This document shows, in pieces, positions 22,702 through 36,500 of a stretch of 64,000 bases of DNA. The DNA comes from Octopus sinensis. Taxonomy: Eukaryota. The notes under the pieces are model-generated. The model was not told the DNA's origin and did no database searches. It saw only the letters and a list, made by a program, of their open reading frames with translations. Numbering within the stretch: the first letter of the stretch is position 1; the number at the start of each line of letters is the position of its first letter. Both the position numbers and the translations under genes were made by a program. The DNA is taken from contig NC_043015.1 of the NCBI RefSeq assembly GCF_006345805.1, positions 16,740,001 to 16,804,000 on the forward strand. The letters are read 5' to 3'.

Positions 22702-25700
22702 ACTCTCTTACTATTAGAAACAAACCTCATTTACCTATTGCTTCATTACAGGTTCCTTCATGTGTAATGATCTCCAAAAGCTGCATCTTATCAACAGGTG
22801 AGAAGTAGTGCATTCCAATTACCTTTTAAATAAAATATAATTACAGAGAGTAATTATTCATCCCTCTACACAGCATATTATATTATCTATTGTGAACATT
22901 CTTAGTCTCCTTTGAGGATTATACTGAATTCAAAATTAGTATAATTCTATTATACACCATGAGATAAAAAGTTACATTATTTTAAAGTAAAATACATAAT
23001 TAAATGCTATGCATGTAAAAATGATAAACATATTTGAATATGAATGAAGTATGTCCCCCTGCTCATAACACAAGATAATAAACATAGCTTTTAATGTGCA
23101 AAACAATGTTGTATCTATCATCGTATGTCATTCTGAAAACAATACTTATGAAAGAGTCTACTCTATATTGCCAACATAATCTAGCAAAAAAAAGAATTTC
23201 ATATAATAGTCTACCTCACCAGAATCTCAACTCCTGATATTTGTAGTATTTTTTTTTTGTTCACAACAAGCAGCTCCATATTTATGTGATCTAATAATTT
23301 TTACCAAACTCTGAACAGAAAATTAACAACCAAATATTTGATTAAGATTTAATGTCTTTTCCTAAAGAACAGCTTTGTAACAATTTACAGTTCTTTCAAT
23401 GAATTAAATCTTACTTTTCATGTACTTTTCCCCTTCCTCTATTCAAAGAAAATAAAGCACCACATACCATTTCAGGCCTTTTGCTTGCTTTTGCAATCTG
23501 TGCAATAGGGAGAGCAGATGTATTGGTTGCAAAAACACAATGTTCTGGGATATACTGAAAAATATTTTAAAAAATAAATTGACATAATTATAACTAAAGC
23601 ATGAAATAAAAATAATTATAAATAAAGGATAAAATACAAAATACAATTAATATTTTTTAAATCTCTGAGCGAGAGGAATACAGTAACAGTACTAGATAGT
23701 AATGTTTATATGCCAACATAACATGGCAGTCCTGTAAAGGACGATGTTACTGTTGTTTTAGCCTCAGGAAAACATCTTTTCCAGCTGGCTAATGACACAC
23801 AGGCTGTGTCCATATATAGCATTTGCAAGGGAGTTTCGTCACTAGCTGGTGATTGTCTCACACTGAGGACAGATAACATCCAGAAACCTAGGTCTATGAG
23901 TATCACATAAGGCTACAGATGGGAACAATGACCTCCTTTGCAAATGCTATATACAGACACAGGTTGTGTGTTGTTGGCCAGCTGGAAAAGATGTTTTCCC
24001 GGGGCTAAAACAACAGTAACATCGTTCTTTACAGGAATGCCATGTTATGTTAGTATATAAACATCACAATTAATATTATAAAGAAAGTTGAAGCAGTTAC
24101 TATAAAATCTTGAATAATTACCATTAACCCTTTCAAGTTTATGTCAGTTATATTCATAATAATTTATTACCACAAGTTTTATAACAGTTAATCTGTAATG
24201 AGTGGGGTTCACAGATTACAGCTGCTCAAAATACTATAATAGTCACCAAATTTAACAATTCTATCAGTAAATCCAATTAAAACAAAAAAACAAACCAATT
24301 ATTTTCATAGAAAATAAAATCTAAATTTTAAAAACAGATTTTCTGATCATTATTTTGAGGGGACAGAAGTGATGTCAATTGCATAACAACTTGTTCATCA
24401 CTTTTCAATCATGTTAAAACACTGTTTTTTTCATAATAATAATAGAATCCTTTTCTTTCTTATTTAGTCATAATTACTAATATCATATGGTTATTCTCAT
24501 CAGCTAAACCGTTATCTGCTCTGATGCTCCTTCATACTTAGCAGGGTTACAATGTTAAAATATTTTACATGAGTTTACATTTATTACAAGTATCATAAGG
24601 ATGATGAGTCCAGGTATGGATTTTGCTATGAAGTCGCAATGGGGACATTGATGACTTTGATTTTGCCTGAAATTAGACAAACGTGTCTGTTGATTATAGG
24701 ACATAATTTTTTTATTGTTCAGTTTAACTGCATCATGATATTATTTATGCCACTAAGATTGATCTAGGCAATAATTTTCTCCTCCTCCATGCCACTGCCG
24801 CTGACAATAATAATACATAATATTATATTAAAAGGACTGATATAACTCCTCACAAAGGTAAATAGACAATACAAAGAGTGTGAGGTGATTGCAATAGATG
24901 TTTTATTGGTTGAACGACATTTTGACAGTTTGCCTGTCTTTGTCAAGTTCAAAATGAAAAGTGATACATAGAAATTCAAAATTGCTAATCATGTCTTCAA
25001 TTTTCAAGTTTACAACAGGCAAAAAGAAAAAGATGCAGTGCCAGGTTGTGGCTCTCATGGCTTCTGCTTGGAAATGTTATCATGTACATGTTTATCTTCA
25101 TATAAATGATGGGCTATAGCAAATATTCTGCTCAAAAAGCCAGTCCGTTTTTTTTTTCTATAGCTTTTCATAATCGAATCCAATGTCAGCGTCAGCCTGA
25201 GGTCTAGGTCTCTGGGTAGCTTTTTCTTTCTTTTCATTGGTCCAGTGGATTTCAGGATCTGGAGTTTTCACTGATTTATTGAGCAGTAATACTTGTATAA
25301 TTAACTGGACATCAACAAGAGCTCTCTGCCTTCAGGCAAACCTTCGCACAAAATACTTGTTCCAATGCCCCACTCTAAAATTAAATCTTTTAGGAACTCA
25401 CTAACTACTTTGCATATAATCAACTGGAGTGAATGAAAGTTGTAAGAGAGACAAGAGATTTGAAAAGGAACCAAAAGCAGAATGAGCTGAGAGAGAGAAA
25501 TGGAGATAGAGAGAGAGAGAGAGAGAGAGAGGAGGAACAAAATTTTTTAACCAACAGAAAATTAAAAAAAGAGTCATTTACTTTTTCAGTCTCTTGAATA
25601 ACTTTATGTTTGATGTTGAGATCTTCAAATACAGCCTCAATCACCATATCAACATGTTTAAAGTTGCCATAGGACAGGGTTGCATCAAGATTTGATATCA

Positions 25701-28700
25701 TTTTCTCAGATTCTAAACTGAATGTGTGAAAATGAAAATTACTTTTTGTTTAATACTCAAAGTAATTCATTACATTTCAAGTTTACATTGTTATATTTTG
25801 CTTTAAGTACCACCCATTCTGTCTGCCAACAATACCTTCCACCTGTTTCATCTATCATATTTTCTACATTATGTGCCACTCCCACTCACTTCTGTCTGTA
25901 ATTATGCTATCCAACATGACTTGCATCTCTGCATGTGTCAGCTAACACACCTTGCATCTGTTGTATATGCTATCTAACACATTCTGCATCTTTAATGCAA
26001 TTCAGCAGAGAGTGATTTCTAGAGGTCTTCAAGTCCGTTTTTGTTATGGTAAATGTTTGATTAAATTATTTAGCGCAGGGTTTGGTGGGTGAGACCCAGC
26101 AGTGATGGTAAGAGGAAGGGAAGCTTGCATGTTGACTAGTAATGTTAACTAGGCTGTTAGTTCAGAGTAGTAGGAACCATACTCTTTTACATGTTTCAGC
26201 TCTAAGGTTGTGGCCATGTTGGGGTACTGATTTAAAAAAAAAAATTTATTTGCAGACTTTAAAGGAGTTCCATGTAAATCAGTAGAAAAGGCATGAGCAA
26301 GCAGATTACAGAGGGTTGATGTTCTGGGGGAAGACAGACTAAGCACAGTGGTTAGTGTGAGGCTAGGTGGGATTGGATGCTAGATGGTGATGAGAGGTGA
26401 AGAGCAAGTAGGTCAGGGATGCCTGGGTGGTGGAAGTATGAAATCAGCCAACTTTATAGAAATGACAGCATGTCTGTAGCCTGGTGTTGCTGCATGTCTA
26501 TTAATAAGTGAACACTAATCAGTCAAGTGACCTTTCCTGGACATGACCCAGGATGTCAGTGTGCATAGCAGCAGCAGCAGCAGTATTGTTGCAGATGTGG
26601 GAGCAGTACTCTATTGTGGGCCTCATTTGAGCTTGGTAGAAAGTCAGCAGCTGTTAGGGATTACACTATTTTCTGACCATATACAGCTGAAGCAGCATTC
26701 TAACTATGCTGAGTGTTTTCTTTACCAAGGAAAACTGTCTGTTTATAGTGAAGCTCAATGTTTGAGGAGATGTAAGGGATCTAGCTGAGTGTTGCTCATA
26801 TTGAGAAAGAGGTGCAGAATAGTGATATTTTCTTTAGTTGTTTTATTGTTAAAAGAGAAAAGGTTGGCATAGTTCTACTGGAGGATGCTCTCAAAGTCTG
26901 CTTATGGAATAAATGCAGGTTAGGTATGCAGTATCTAGGTTGCATGTGGATAATGCATAGCTGGGAAAAGTTAGTGCATAAAAGCATGTGCTGTTGGATA
27001 TGACAGTCTGTAATCACTGGTCTATAGAAGAAAAAGAATGAAAGTGTGAAACGAACACTGAATTGATTATGAGTGGGGCAGAAAGAGCTCCTTCCACACA
27101 TGTTGCTATCAGATAGGAAGCTACTGAACCAATATATAAGAGATAGGTGGAGTCCATAGGTCAAAGATGCTGTCAAAGATTTGCATGCCAGACATAGTTG
27201 AAGGCTTTGCTGATGTCTAGAGCAATGACATTGCTTTAACTCAAGTCAGAGGGATTAGTGGTGAGTGACTAAGAGAGACTGCTTTAGAACTGTATAATTT
27301 GTGGTTTTGTGCAAATCTGCTCATGAGACTAGATTATCTAGAAATGGGTCTGCTGAGCTCTCTTGACTTAGCTATATTAAATGAAGACAAAGTCAGATGG
27401 GTGTCATGGTTTAGCTGTTATACAAGCAAGCCTGCAATCTTATAATATCACTTTTAAATATTTGAGCTGACAGGAAGCACTTAAATTTTAAAAATAAAGC
27501 AATAAAACTAGTGATTAATAATTAATCTTCCCTAATTAAACTACTTAAATTACATTATTAATACTTATTTTATTAAGACCAAAGATTAAAGATTATGTTA
27601 AATTTAGTTTTGATCAGTGAACCATGACAGTAAAGTCTCTACAACATTTATTAAAGCCATTACAATTGTTAATAATATTAAAAACTGATATACCTGCTGA
27701 TTTTTTTCTTTTTCACAGAAGTTTGTAATCCTTTTTGTATTTGTTCAATACCTCGGGAAAGGCCAGTTTCAGACATGTCCTTCATCAAAACATTAAAACC
27801 CTTATCAATACTCACTTGACAAATACCAGCTCCCATGAGACCAGCTCCTAGTACACTAACTGTTCTGAAAAAGCAACAAAATATTCATGGTACAAATTTT
27901 TATACATAAAAGTATATTGTAAAACGTTTGAATAACAGTTGTTAAATTTTAATAACTGTAATATAATACTGATTTTATAATTCAGTTTTCATATTCTAAT
28001 TGACCTGAAGTGAGATACCATCAAAATATCTGCTCATAGATATTATCAATACTATATTTCTCCATGATCCATTAGAACAATGTTTATCTTTGGTTTCTGT
28101 ACCATTAAGAGACAAACTTCCTCTTGGATAGAACACTAGTTTTTCTGAGATAACATTTTTCATGGAGAAGAATTGAAGTCTGTACTGCAAACTACTGGAA
28201 CACATCTTATCTCTCTTAGCTTGTTTCAGTCACTGAACCATGGCCATGCTCATACTTTCTTCCTCTTTTCTTTTTCTTGCTCACCCTCTTTTCCTCCTTG
28301 TTTATCTCCCCTCTACCTTTCCCTTTGTGTCTTTGATTTTTTCTAATCCTTCAATCCTGCTGCCCACTACACCTCTCTCCTCCTTCCGGTGTTCGGCCAG
28401 CCACGATCTTTTTTTCTAGGCCTGACTGTTGACCGCCGACTCCTCTTATGTCCATCTCCTACGTTCCTGCCTTTAAGCTTTCACTTTATACACACCAGCT
28501 CAGTTTGATTCGTCCTCAGTCGAAAGTCACCTGTTGTTATATTCTTGTTGTTTGTATTTGTAATTGTGTACCATGTTCTCTGGGGTTTTTTTGTCTTTGT
28601 TGTTGCACACATTCACTTGCTTTCTTACAAAAAAATTTAATGCCCTTAGCTTAGACCTTTTTTGAGGGAAACTAGATCAAACATTCTCAAGTGTAACTGC

Positions 28701-30327
28701 CCAAAACTGTAAGGACATCTGGTAACTTGACTGACGAAAGAAGGCCATGAATGACTCGTGTTTTTCTTTCTGTCTGCCTCCTTTGAATCATCTATCTGTA
28801 TATATATGTGTATATATATATATATATATAAATATACATATACATATATATATATACATATATCATCATCATCATCGTTTAACGTCCGTTCTCCATGCTA
28901 GCATGGGTTGGACGGTTCGACCGGGGATCTGGGAAGCCAGAAGGCTGCACCAGGCTCCAGTCTTATCTGGCAATGTTTCTACAGCTGGATGCCCTTCCTA
29001 ACGCCAACCACTCCGTGAGTGTAGTCGGTGCTTTTTACGTGCCACCTGCACAGGAGCCAGGCGAGGCTGGCAACGGCCACGGTCGGATTGGTGTATTTTA
29101 TGTGCCACCGGCACGGAAGCCAGTCGAGGCGGCGCTGGCATCGGCCACGAATCGGATAGTGCTTTTTACGTACCACCAGACCAGGGATCCTGGCTGGTTC
29201 AATTCGATTTCGCTTGCCCCAACATGTCTTCGCAAGCAAAGGGGGGTTGGCATGGGTGCCTGTTGTACGGTTGGATTGGTGAATTTTACGTGCCACCGGC
29301 ACGGAAGCCAGTGGAGGCGGCGCTGGCATCGGCCACGAGTCAGATAGTGCTTTTTACATACCACCAGACCAGGGATCCTGGTTGGTTCAATTCGATTTTG
29401 ATTTCGCTTGCCCCAACATGTCTTCGCAAGCAAAGGGGGTTGGCATGGGTGCCTGTCGTCGGATGAGGTTCTATATCGACTTCGCTTGCCTCAACAGGTC
29501 TTTGTGTCCAAGGGAGGAAAGGCATTCATAAGTGGGCTGGGCTCACTTGTCCTGCCTGGTCTTCTCACGTACAGCATATTTCCAAAGGTCTCGGTCGCTG
29601 GTCATTTCCTCAGTGAGGCCTATATATATACATATATATATATCAGACTGGAGCCTGGTGCAGCCTTCTGGCTTCCCAGATCCCCGGTCGAACCGTCCAA
29701 CCCATGCTAGCATGGAAAACGGACCTTAAACGATGATGATGATGATGATGATGATATATATATACATACATATATATATACATACTTTTTATACATATGT
29801 TAGGTTCCTATGGTAACGTACTTTTGTTTGACGTTATAACGGCTAGAGTTTAATTTCACTTCATAAATTGAAACTGATTTGAAAATCGGAAATCCACCTG
29901 AAGATTGTCATTGAGGACATGAAACAATTGTAGTGGCAGTTTTTTTACTTTTTATTAAAATTTTATGTATTGATTAAGTCTCTCCTTGTTTGTTTTACAA
30001 AATAGTGGTTTTGTCTCTAATTAATATTATATAATATTTTACTATAAAATTGGATTTAATCCTAAATCTGATTTTTTCCCTGTAAATTTGGATTTATTCC
30101 CTAATATTTGTTATTATACATACATATATATATATACATATATATACACACATATATATATACACATATATATACACACATATATACACACATATATATA
30201 CACATATATATACACATATATATATATACACATATATATATATACATATACATATATACATATATATATACATATACATATATACATACATATACATATA
30301 TACATACATATACATATATACATACAT

Positions 30328-30376
<49 letters not shown>

Positions 30377-30449
30377 ACATATACATATATACATACATAT
30401 ACATATATACATACATATATACATACATATATACATACATATATATATA

Positions 30450-30498
<49 letters not shown>

Positions 30499-30539
30499 CA
30501 TATATATATATATACATATACATATATATATACATACAT

Positions 30540-30582
<43 letters not shown>

Positions 30583-33500
30583 ATTATATATATATACACA
30601 CACACACACAAACACAAAGCAGGTTTCCATACTGTTTTCCTATACAAAATTTACTCACAAGGCATTGGTTGGCAAGGGATTACTGTAAGTACAAGGAAAG
30701 ACCTATTTAATGAAGATAGAGAACTCCAGAACCAAACAAAAGTTTGGAAAATATATTTTTATATCAACTCATTAAAAAATGCAATTCTAGTGACTTGAAG
30801 CTCACATAATAGTTGGTGATCTATCTCCCGAAGTAACTAATATTATACATGGTTCTCTTATTAGGAATGGTAAAGTTAACAAAGAGAAAGAATTACTATA
30901 GATATAAAGCTATTATTAAAAAAACGTACTTGGCTTCTCGTTTTGGTGCTCCAAATCTGTTTTTCTTTGTTGCAGTCTGCCCATCATATAAGCCAATAAG
31001 AGCCTGGCTTTCTTTTGTCATGGAAAGTAAACCAAATTCCTGTAAAATATTAATAATTATTTAAAAATTCCTGAATATTTTCATTTCTCTCATTATTATT
31101 GTCATAAAAAAAAAATAGAAAGAAAAGAAATATAGATTTATTTCCAAGTTTTTCCCATTGAGAGTAGTTTCTTCCTCTCTTATCTGACACTAAACAATTT
31201 TTACTGTCAAGTACAACTGCCTTAAAGCAGACTCTGACTCAAGACAAGTTTCCTCAAACCTTATTTTGGCTGTTAACAACAATCACTGACTTTTATTATC
31301 CTAGTTATCAACTAGCTTTAAATATTATTTAGTTTTCTTTGACTTTGCTATACATAATATCCAAATAGTGTAGACTCGCTCTCGTCTTACCACCTAATAA
31401 TCAATATTAACTACAAACTCTCATGCAGATGATAAAATATTGCTTACTTCTCTAAAATCATATTGTTCCTATCCACTGCTAATATTGGTTTCAAATATTG
31501 GCAGAAGGCCAGCAAATTCAGGAGAGGGGGTAAGTTGATTACACTGACCGCCAAAGGGTTAAAATAAAAGATGCCCCACATGATGGAGTTCACCACTTCT
31601 ATTGAACTACAAACCTGATAAAACTTTATGGAAGCAAATTTATTTTTCTTCAGAATTAAGAAATATTTGTTTTAATCTATTGTTGACACAAAATTTTCTC
31701 AATATGCAGCTCAATGGATTATTGTTTTTTTATTTTTCATATATCTAAGATGGTTTTATTTCCTTCAATAAACTCTTTCAGGAAAAGTTCAAAAATCTAA
31801 CCAAATTTTGATAGTGGGTTTTGTCTCTTTCTCTTTTATTGATACCATATAAACAAGGCTGTTATTAGAACACATAAACAGTAGTTTGTCTTAATATAAT
31901 TTTACTTGCTTTTGATTGATTTTTTATTGTGCAATCATTCATTTAGACAGCAACAGTCATATAACCAGTTAAAAAATAAAGCCAGTCCTATAAGATGAAG
32001 TAAAGTTTGAATTTCTGAAACTTTAAAGTGGCCCAAATCTTAAAACTTTATGATTTTTATAATGCAATATTAAAAGAGTCAATAAATAGTAGTATATATA
32101 TATATATATATAAAAAGACAGTAAATAATGGCTTAAAAAATCAATACCTTACCTTAGCTTCTACATCATAGCCAACTTTGGGACCTTGTTCTAAACCTTT
32201 TTTTGTTACCTTAATGACAGAAAATAAATATTTAACATAAAATTTAAAAGCAAATAATTTTATAAATCAAATGAGTTATCAAGTTTTACTCAATCAAGAT
32301 TGACCAGATCACCCAGTCAATTCAAACTAAACCAATTACTAAATTTTATCAATATATTTGTTGAAAAGTAATGATTCAAAGAGTTTTTAACAGTTTTCTT
32401 TTCATTTTGTTAATTCTCCGTTTACTTTTAGGAGAATCATAGTCCGATGGTATTATAGTGTAGATGTCCAATTCTGGTGGTGGTTTTGTTTGTACATAGA
32501 TTTCTGTATATTTGTGTTCTATGTAGCGGTCAATATATTTTTTCCAAATTGTCAGCCACATGAGGAGTTTAATTCTACTTTTCCCCATTCTTTCAGTTGG
32601 GGCATTGATTGTTTTGTTTTGTAGTAGAATAAACGATTTTTTATTGCATTTTCATCTTGAGGGACCACCCTCCATGGGTCTGTGTTACTTGTGGAGAGGC
32701 TTGGTGTTCTTTTCAACATCTTTCGTTTTGATGCTTTATGTTGATGTAAGTTGATGCACTTCCCTCCTTCAACATTATTTGTGGTAAACCACATTTCGTC
32801 TGTATAGATTAAGGGTTTATCTATACAGGTTCCAAAAGTGAAACTGTCCAATGATTGGCATCGCATTCTTCCTGTATTCATTAGTCCATTACGAATCGAT
32901 CGTAGTATGTAGGATTTGCCACTGCTTGATGTTCCCGTAATATGAAGTCCATTTTTTTTTGGGGGGGGGGGGGGTATTTTGTGGCAAACCTCAAATGTCT
33001 CTTGTGCAAATTTTTCTGGGTCAAAGTTATGATGTTTTAGCCATGCTGTGAAAATATTGATGGAGGTATGAACATTATGAAATTTGCAGTTCATTTCGGA
33101 AAATAGTTCTGTTTTTTTGTTGGATTTGCTGCCATATTGGAATGGATACAGTTTCTACATTTAGTTCTGTTGCTGCTGAAGTTATAATGCTTAGCAGGTT
33201 TGGAGTATTGCAGTATATGTCGTTCCATTGTTTATTTATATTGGTGCTGTTTGTATTTTTAGCATAGGCTATTAAATCTCCTAATTCAGTTGAGTTTGTG
33301 GCTGACATGAGTTGTTTTATGAAATCATGTTTTTTACCGCACACTATTATTTTATCGGTGTATGCCCAAGGTACCATGCAGTCTGACTAAACCCAGAACC
33401 ATGTGGTTGGTAAGCAAGCTACTAACCACACAGCCACTTCTGCACCTATGCATAAACATTGATTAACATTTTTACAAACTAAGAAGCTATTAAGAACTTA

Positions 33501-36500
33501 CATCAAGGATTTTCAATGGAGCAGGATAGAGACCTCCAGAGAGTTTCATCACCTTTGATCTTGCTTGTTTAAACACAAAGTTTCTTCCAAATTCATATTG
33601 CAATATTTGATCTGTTATTTCTAATTCAGAAACATGAAACAGAATATGAAAAATGAGAGCAGAAAACAGTGAACATTTATTTTTCAGAGATACAGATTGA
33701 AATTAATTTGAAAATAAATCAAAGTTTAGTTTTTCATTGCCCAAATATTATCTCTTATATAAAATAGACCTGTGTGTATGTGTTTATTTGCATTCTATGC
33801 GAAAATGGCTGCATGAATTGCTTCCATACTTGGAATGCATGAATAATTTGACCTTGGATACATAATAGGATCTTCAGTTTATTTTTTTTATTAAAAATAA
33901 ATAATGTTGCTTTAGATATATGATTCATTTCTTTAAAAAGGTTTCTCAATATCAACATCCGGTATTGATGTAGCAATGGCAAAATTTTCTGTTTTCATTT
34001 GCGAAATCTCTCATTCTCTATTTTAATGCTTTCATTTCAAGTTCACAAATTTCACTTGAACCTGCACACTTCATTAATTTCTATAAAAAGTTTTATTTAT
34101 TTACTTTTTGTGTGCCGTGTTCAGCTCTGTATATTTGTAGTCAGTCACACATAAACATGTATTTTTGTATGTATGTTTGTATACATTTATGTATGCATAC
34201 ATACATAAATACATATGCATACACCTTTTTTGTATGTATGTGTGTGTGTGAGAGAAAGAGAGAGAGAGAGAGAGAAAGAGAGTGATGTCTAAGTGGCACA
34301 CTCTCTTTCTCACACACACACACACATACATACAAAAAGATGTAAAGTAAAGTCTACATTAATTCACATATTTGTTTTCTTGTGATTTACCTTGCATTTA
34401 CTTTGCATTGTTTTGGCCTTACCCACGATCCTTTATGCAATATATTCTACACAATGCTTCATAGTAATTATTATATTTATTTATGTACATACACATGACA
34501 ACACACTCCTTCACTCACTCTCTCTCTTTCATGTCCATTTAATCTGATGTTTGTATGCATGTGTACTTGTGGCATTCCACAATCGCCATTTATTTCAATC
34601 ACTCTTGTGAAGATATTCACATAACTCATTTTTTTCATTTAATCCCCATTTTAATTTTCAAAAAAGTTTCCGAGAACAGAATTCTCACACTCTACGAGGG
34701 GAGTCGGGGTAGGTGTAGATGATCAGTATTCTACAATGAAGCAAAGACAAGTACAGGTAGCCAGAGTCAACGTTGAATTCTGCAACTCTTTTAACTCTAA
34801 TAAGTATGTTTGCAAATATATAAACAGGTTTAAACGCTGCAACACTCTTATGCAGAATGGTAATCAGCAGATAAATAAAAATGACGAAGATGCACAGTAT
34901 GACAGAGGAAGATACATCAGTATCTACGAGGCTTTTTGGCGCATCTTCAATTTTCCCTTTCAAGAGAGGCACCCAGCCATCATTCATCTAAGTGTCCATC
35001 TAGAGAATGGCCACAGGGTTATCTTTACAAAACAAGCAGCCTTGCAACAAACACTCTCCAAAAGAAACTACCCTTACTGCCTTTTTTAAGTTGTGTCAAG
35101 TAGGTGAAGGTGCAAGAAAACTCCTTTACCCACAATTACCCAAGTATTACACCTGGAGAAACAATAAAAGGCACAAGAGGAAATATGGGGCTGAAACACG
35201 TGCAAGAGTTTACAGTGTCCCCTCCAACCCAAGCAGAATGCTACTACTTACAGCTCCTTTTGCCTGAAGTACATGGTCCCAAATCATTCCAAAATTCAAG
35301 GAGGGTAAATGGTCACGTGTGTGAAACTTATAGGGAAGCATGCTATCAACAAGGTTTTTTTAGATAATGAGCAGCATTAGGACCTTGCATTGACTGAAGC
35401 ATCAGTATCAGATTCTCCAAGAAAACTCCATAACTATTTTGCAATTATATTGAACATGTGTCAACTTGGCAGTCCCCTACAGCTTTGGATGAAACAATGT
35501 GAGGACTTAAAGTATGCAGTTCAACAGGCAAACCCAGATATCAATATTCAGTTCTCTGAAACAATTTTTAACCAAACACTGATTGAAATGAGGATCAAGT
35601 TTTGACCATGGGAGGCAAAAATTAGGAGGAGTATCTGGCTCTGGACTACCAAAAACAAACTGTCAAATTAGTGATTTAACTTCAAGAGGCATAATAAGAG
35701 AGAGAAATTATGACATCACATTTGTGAACGAACATGAACCTAAACATCTTTCAGAACAAAATTGTGCATATGATAAAATTATTTCGTCAGTCAGAAAAAA
35801 AGCAGAGAAATTTTCTGTCTTGATGCTCATGGTGGTAGAGGTAAAACATTTGTAACAACATTGCTTCTCTCCAAGGTAAGGCAACAAAAAAGAATTGCAG
35901 CTACTGTAGCATTGTCTGGCATTGCTGCCACCATTCTTACAAGAGGACGAACAGCTCATTCTGCTTTTAATTACCACTAAACCTAATCACAAATAACAAT
36001 CCAATTTGTGACATAAGCAAAGATTCAGGTTCAGCAGAAGTGTTGTGCCAATGCCACCTTATCATTTGGGATGAATGCACCATGTCACATAGAGGTGCAA
36101 TGGAAGCCCTTGGTAACACCTTACAAGACATTGGAGGCAACAATAAATTTATGGGAAGATTTACATTACTTTTATCAGGAGAATTCAGACAGACATTACC
36201 AGTCATTCTGAGACAAACAAGATCTGATGAAATAAAAGCATGCATTAAGTCTTCACACCTCTGGAATAAAGTTCTGAAATTCTCCTTCAATACTAACATG
36301 CCAGCTTCATTACATGGGGACCAATGTGCAAAACAGTTTTCAACCTGCCTCCTCCAATTAGGAAATGAGAAAGTACCACTTAATGGGAATGGTGATATCA
36401 GTTTGGCTCATATTGCTATCATGATGAATTCCCCAGCTCAATTGAAGAACAAGGTATTACCAGACTTAAGTGATGATTATAATTCACATAAATGGTTGTG

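Noticed and set aside
28470-28530. Other hammerhead-core-like words (CUGAGGA on minus here; CUGAUGA near 55686, 24497, 46233, 52726)
   Set aside because: No matching stem I/III or correctly placed GAAA.
30088-30798. Long YI/CV/HT-rich ORFs (also 3604-3998, 21926-22808, 43656-44231, 46109-46977, 51775-52550)
   Set aside because: Translations of TA/CA microsatellites, which lack stops in some frames.
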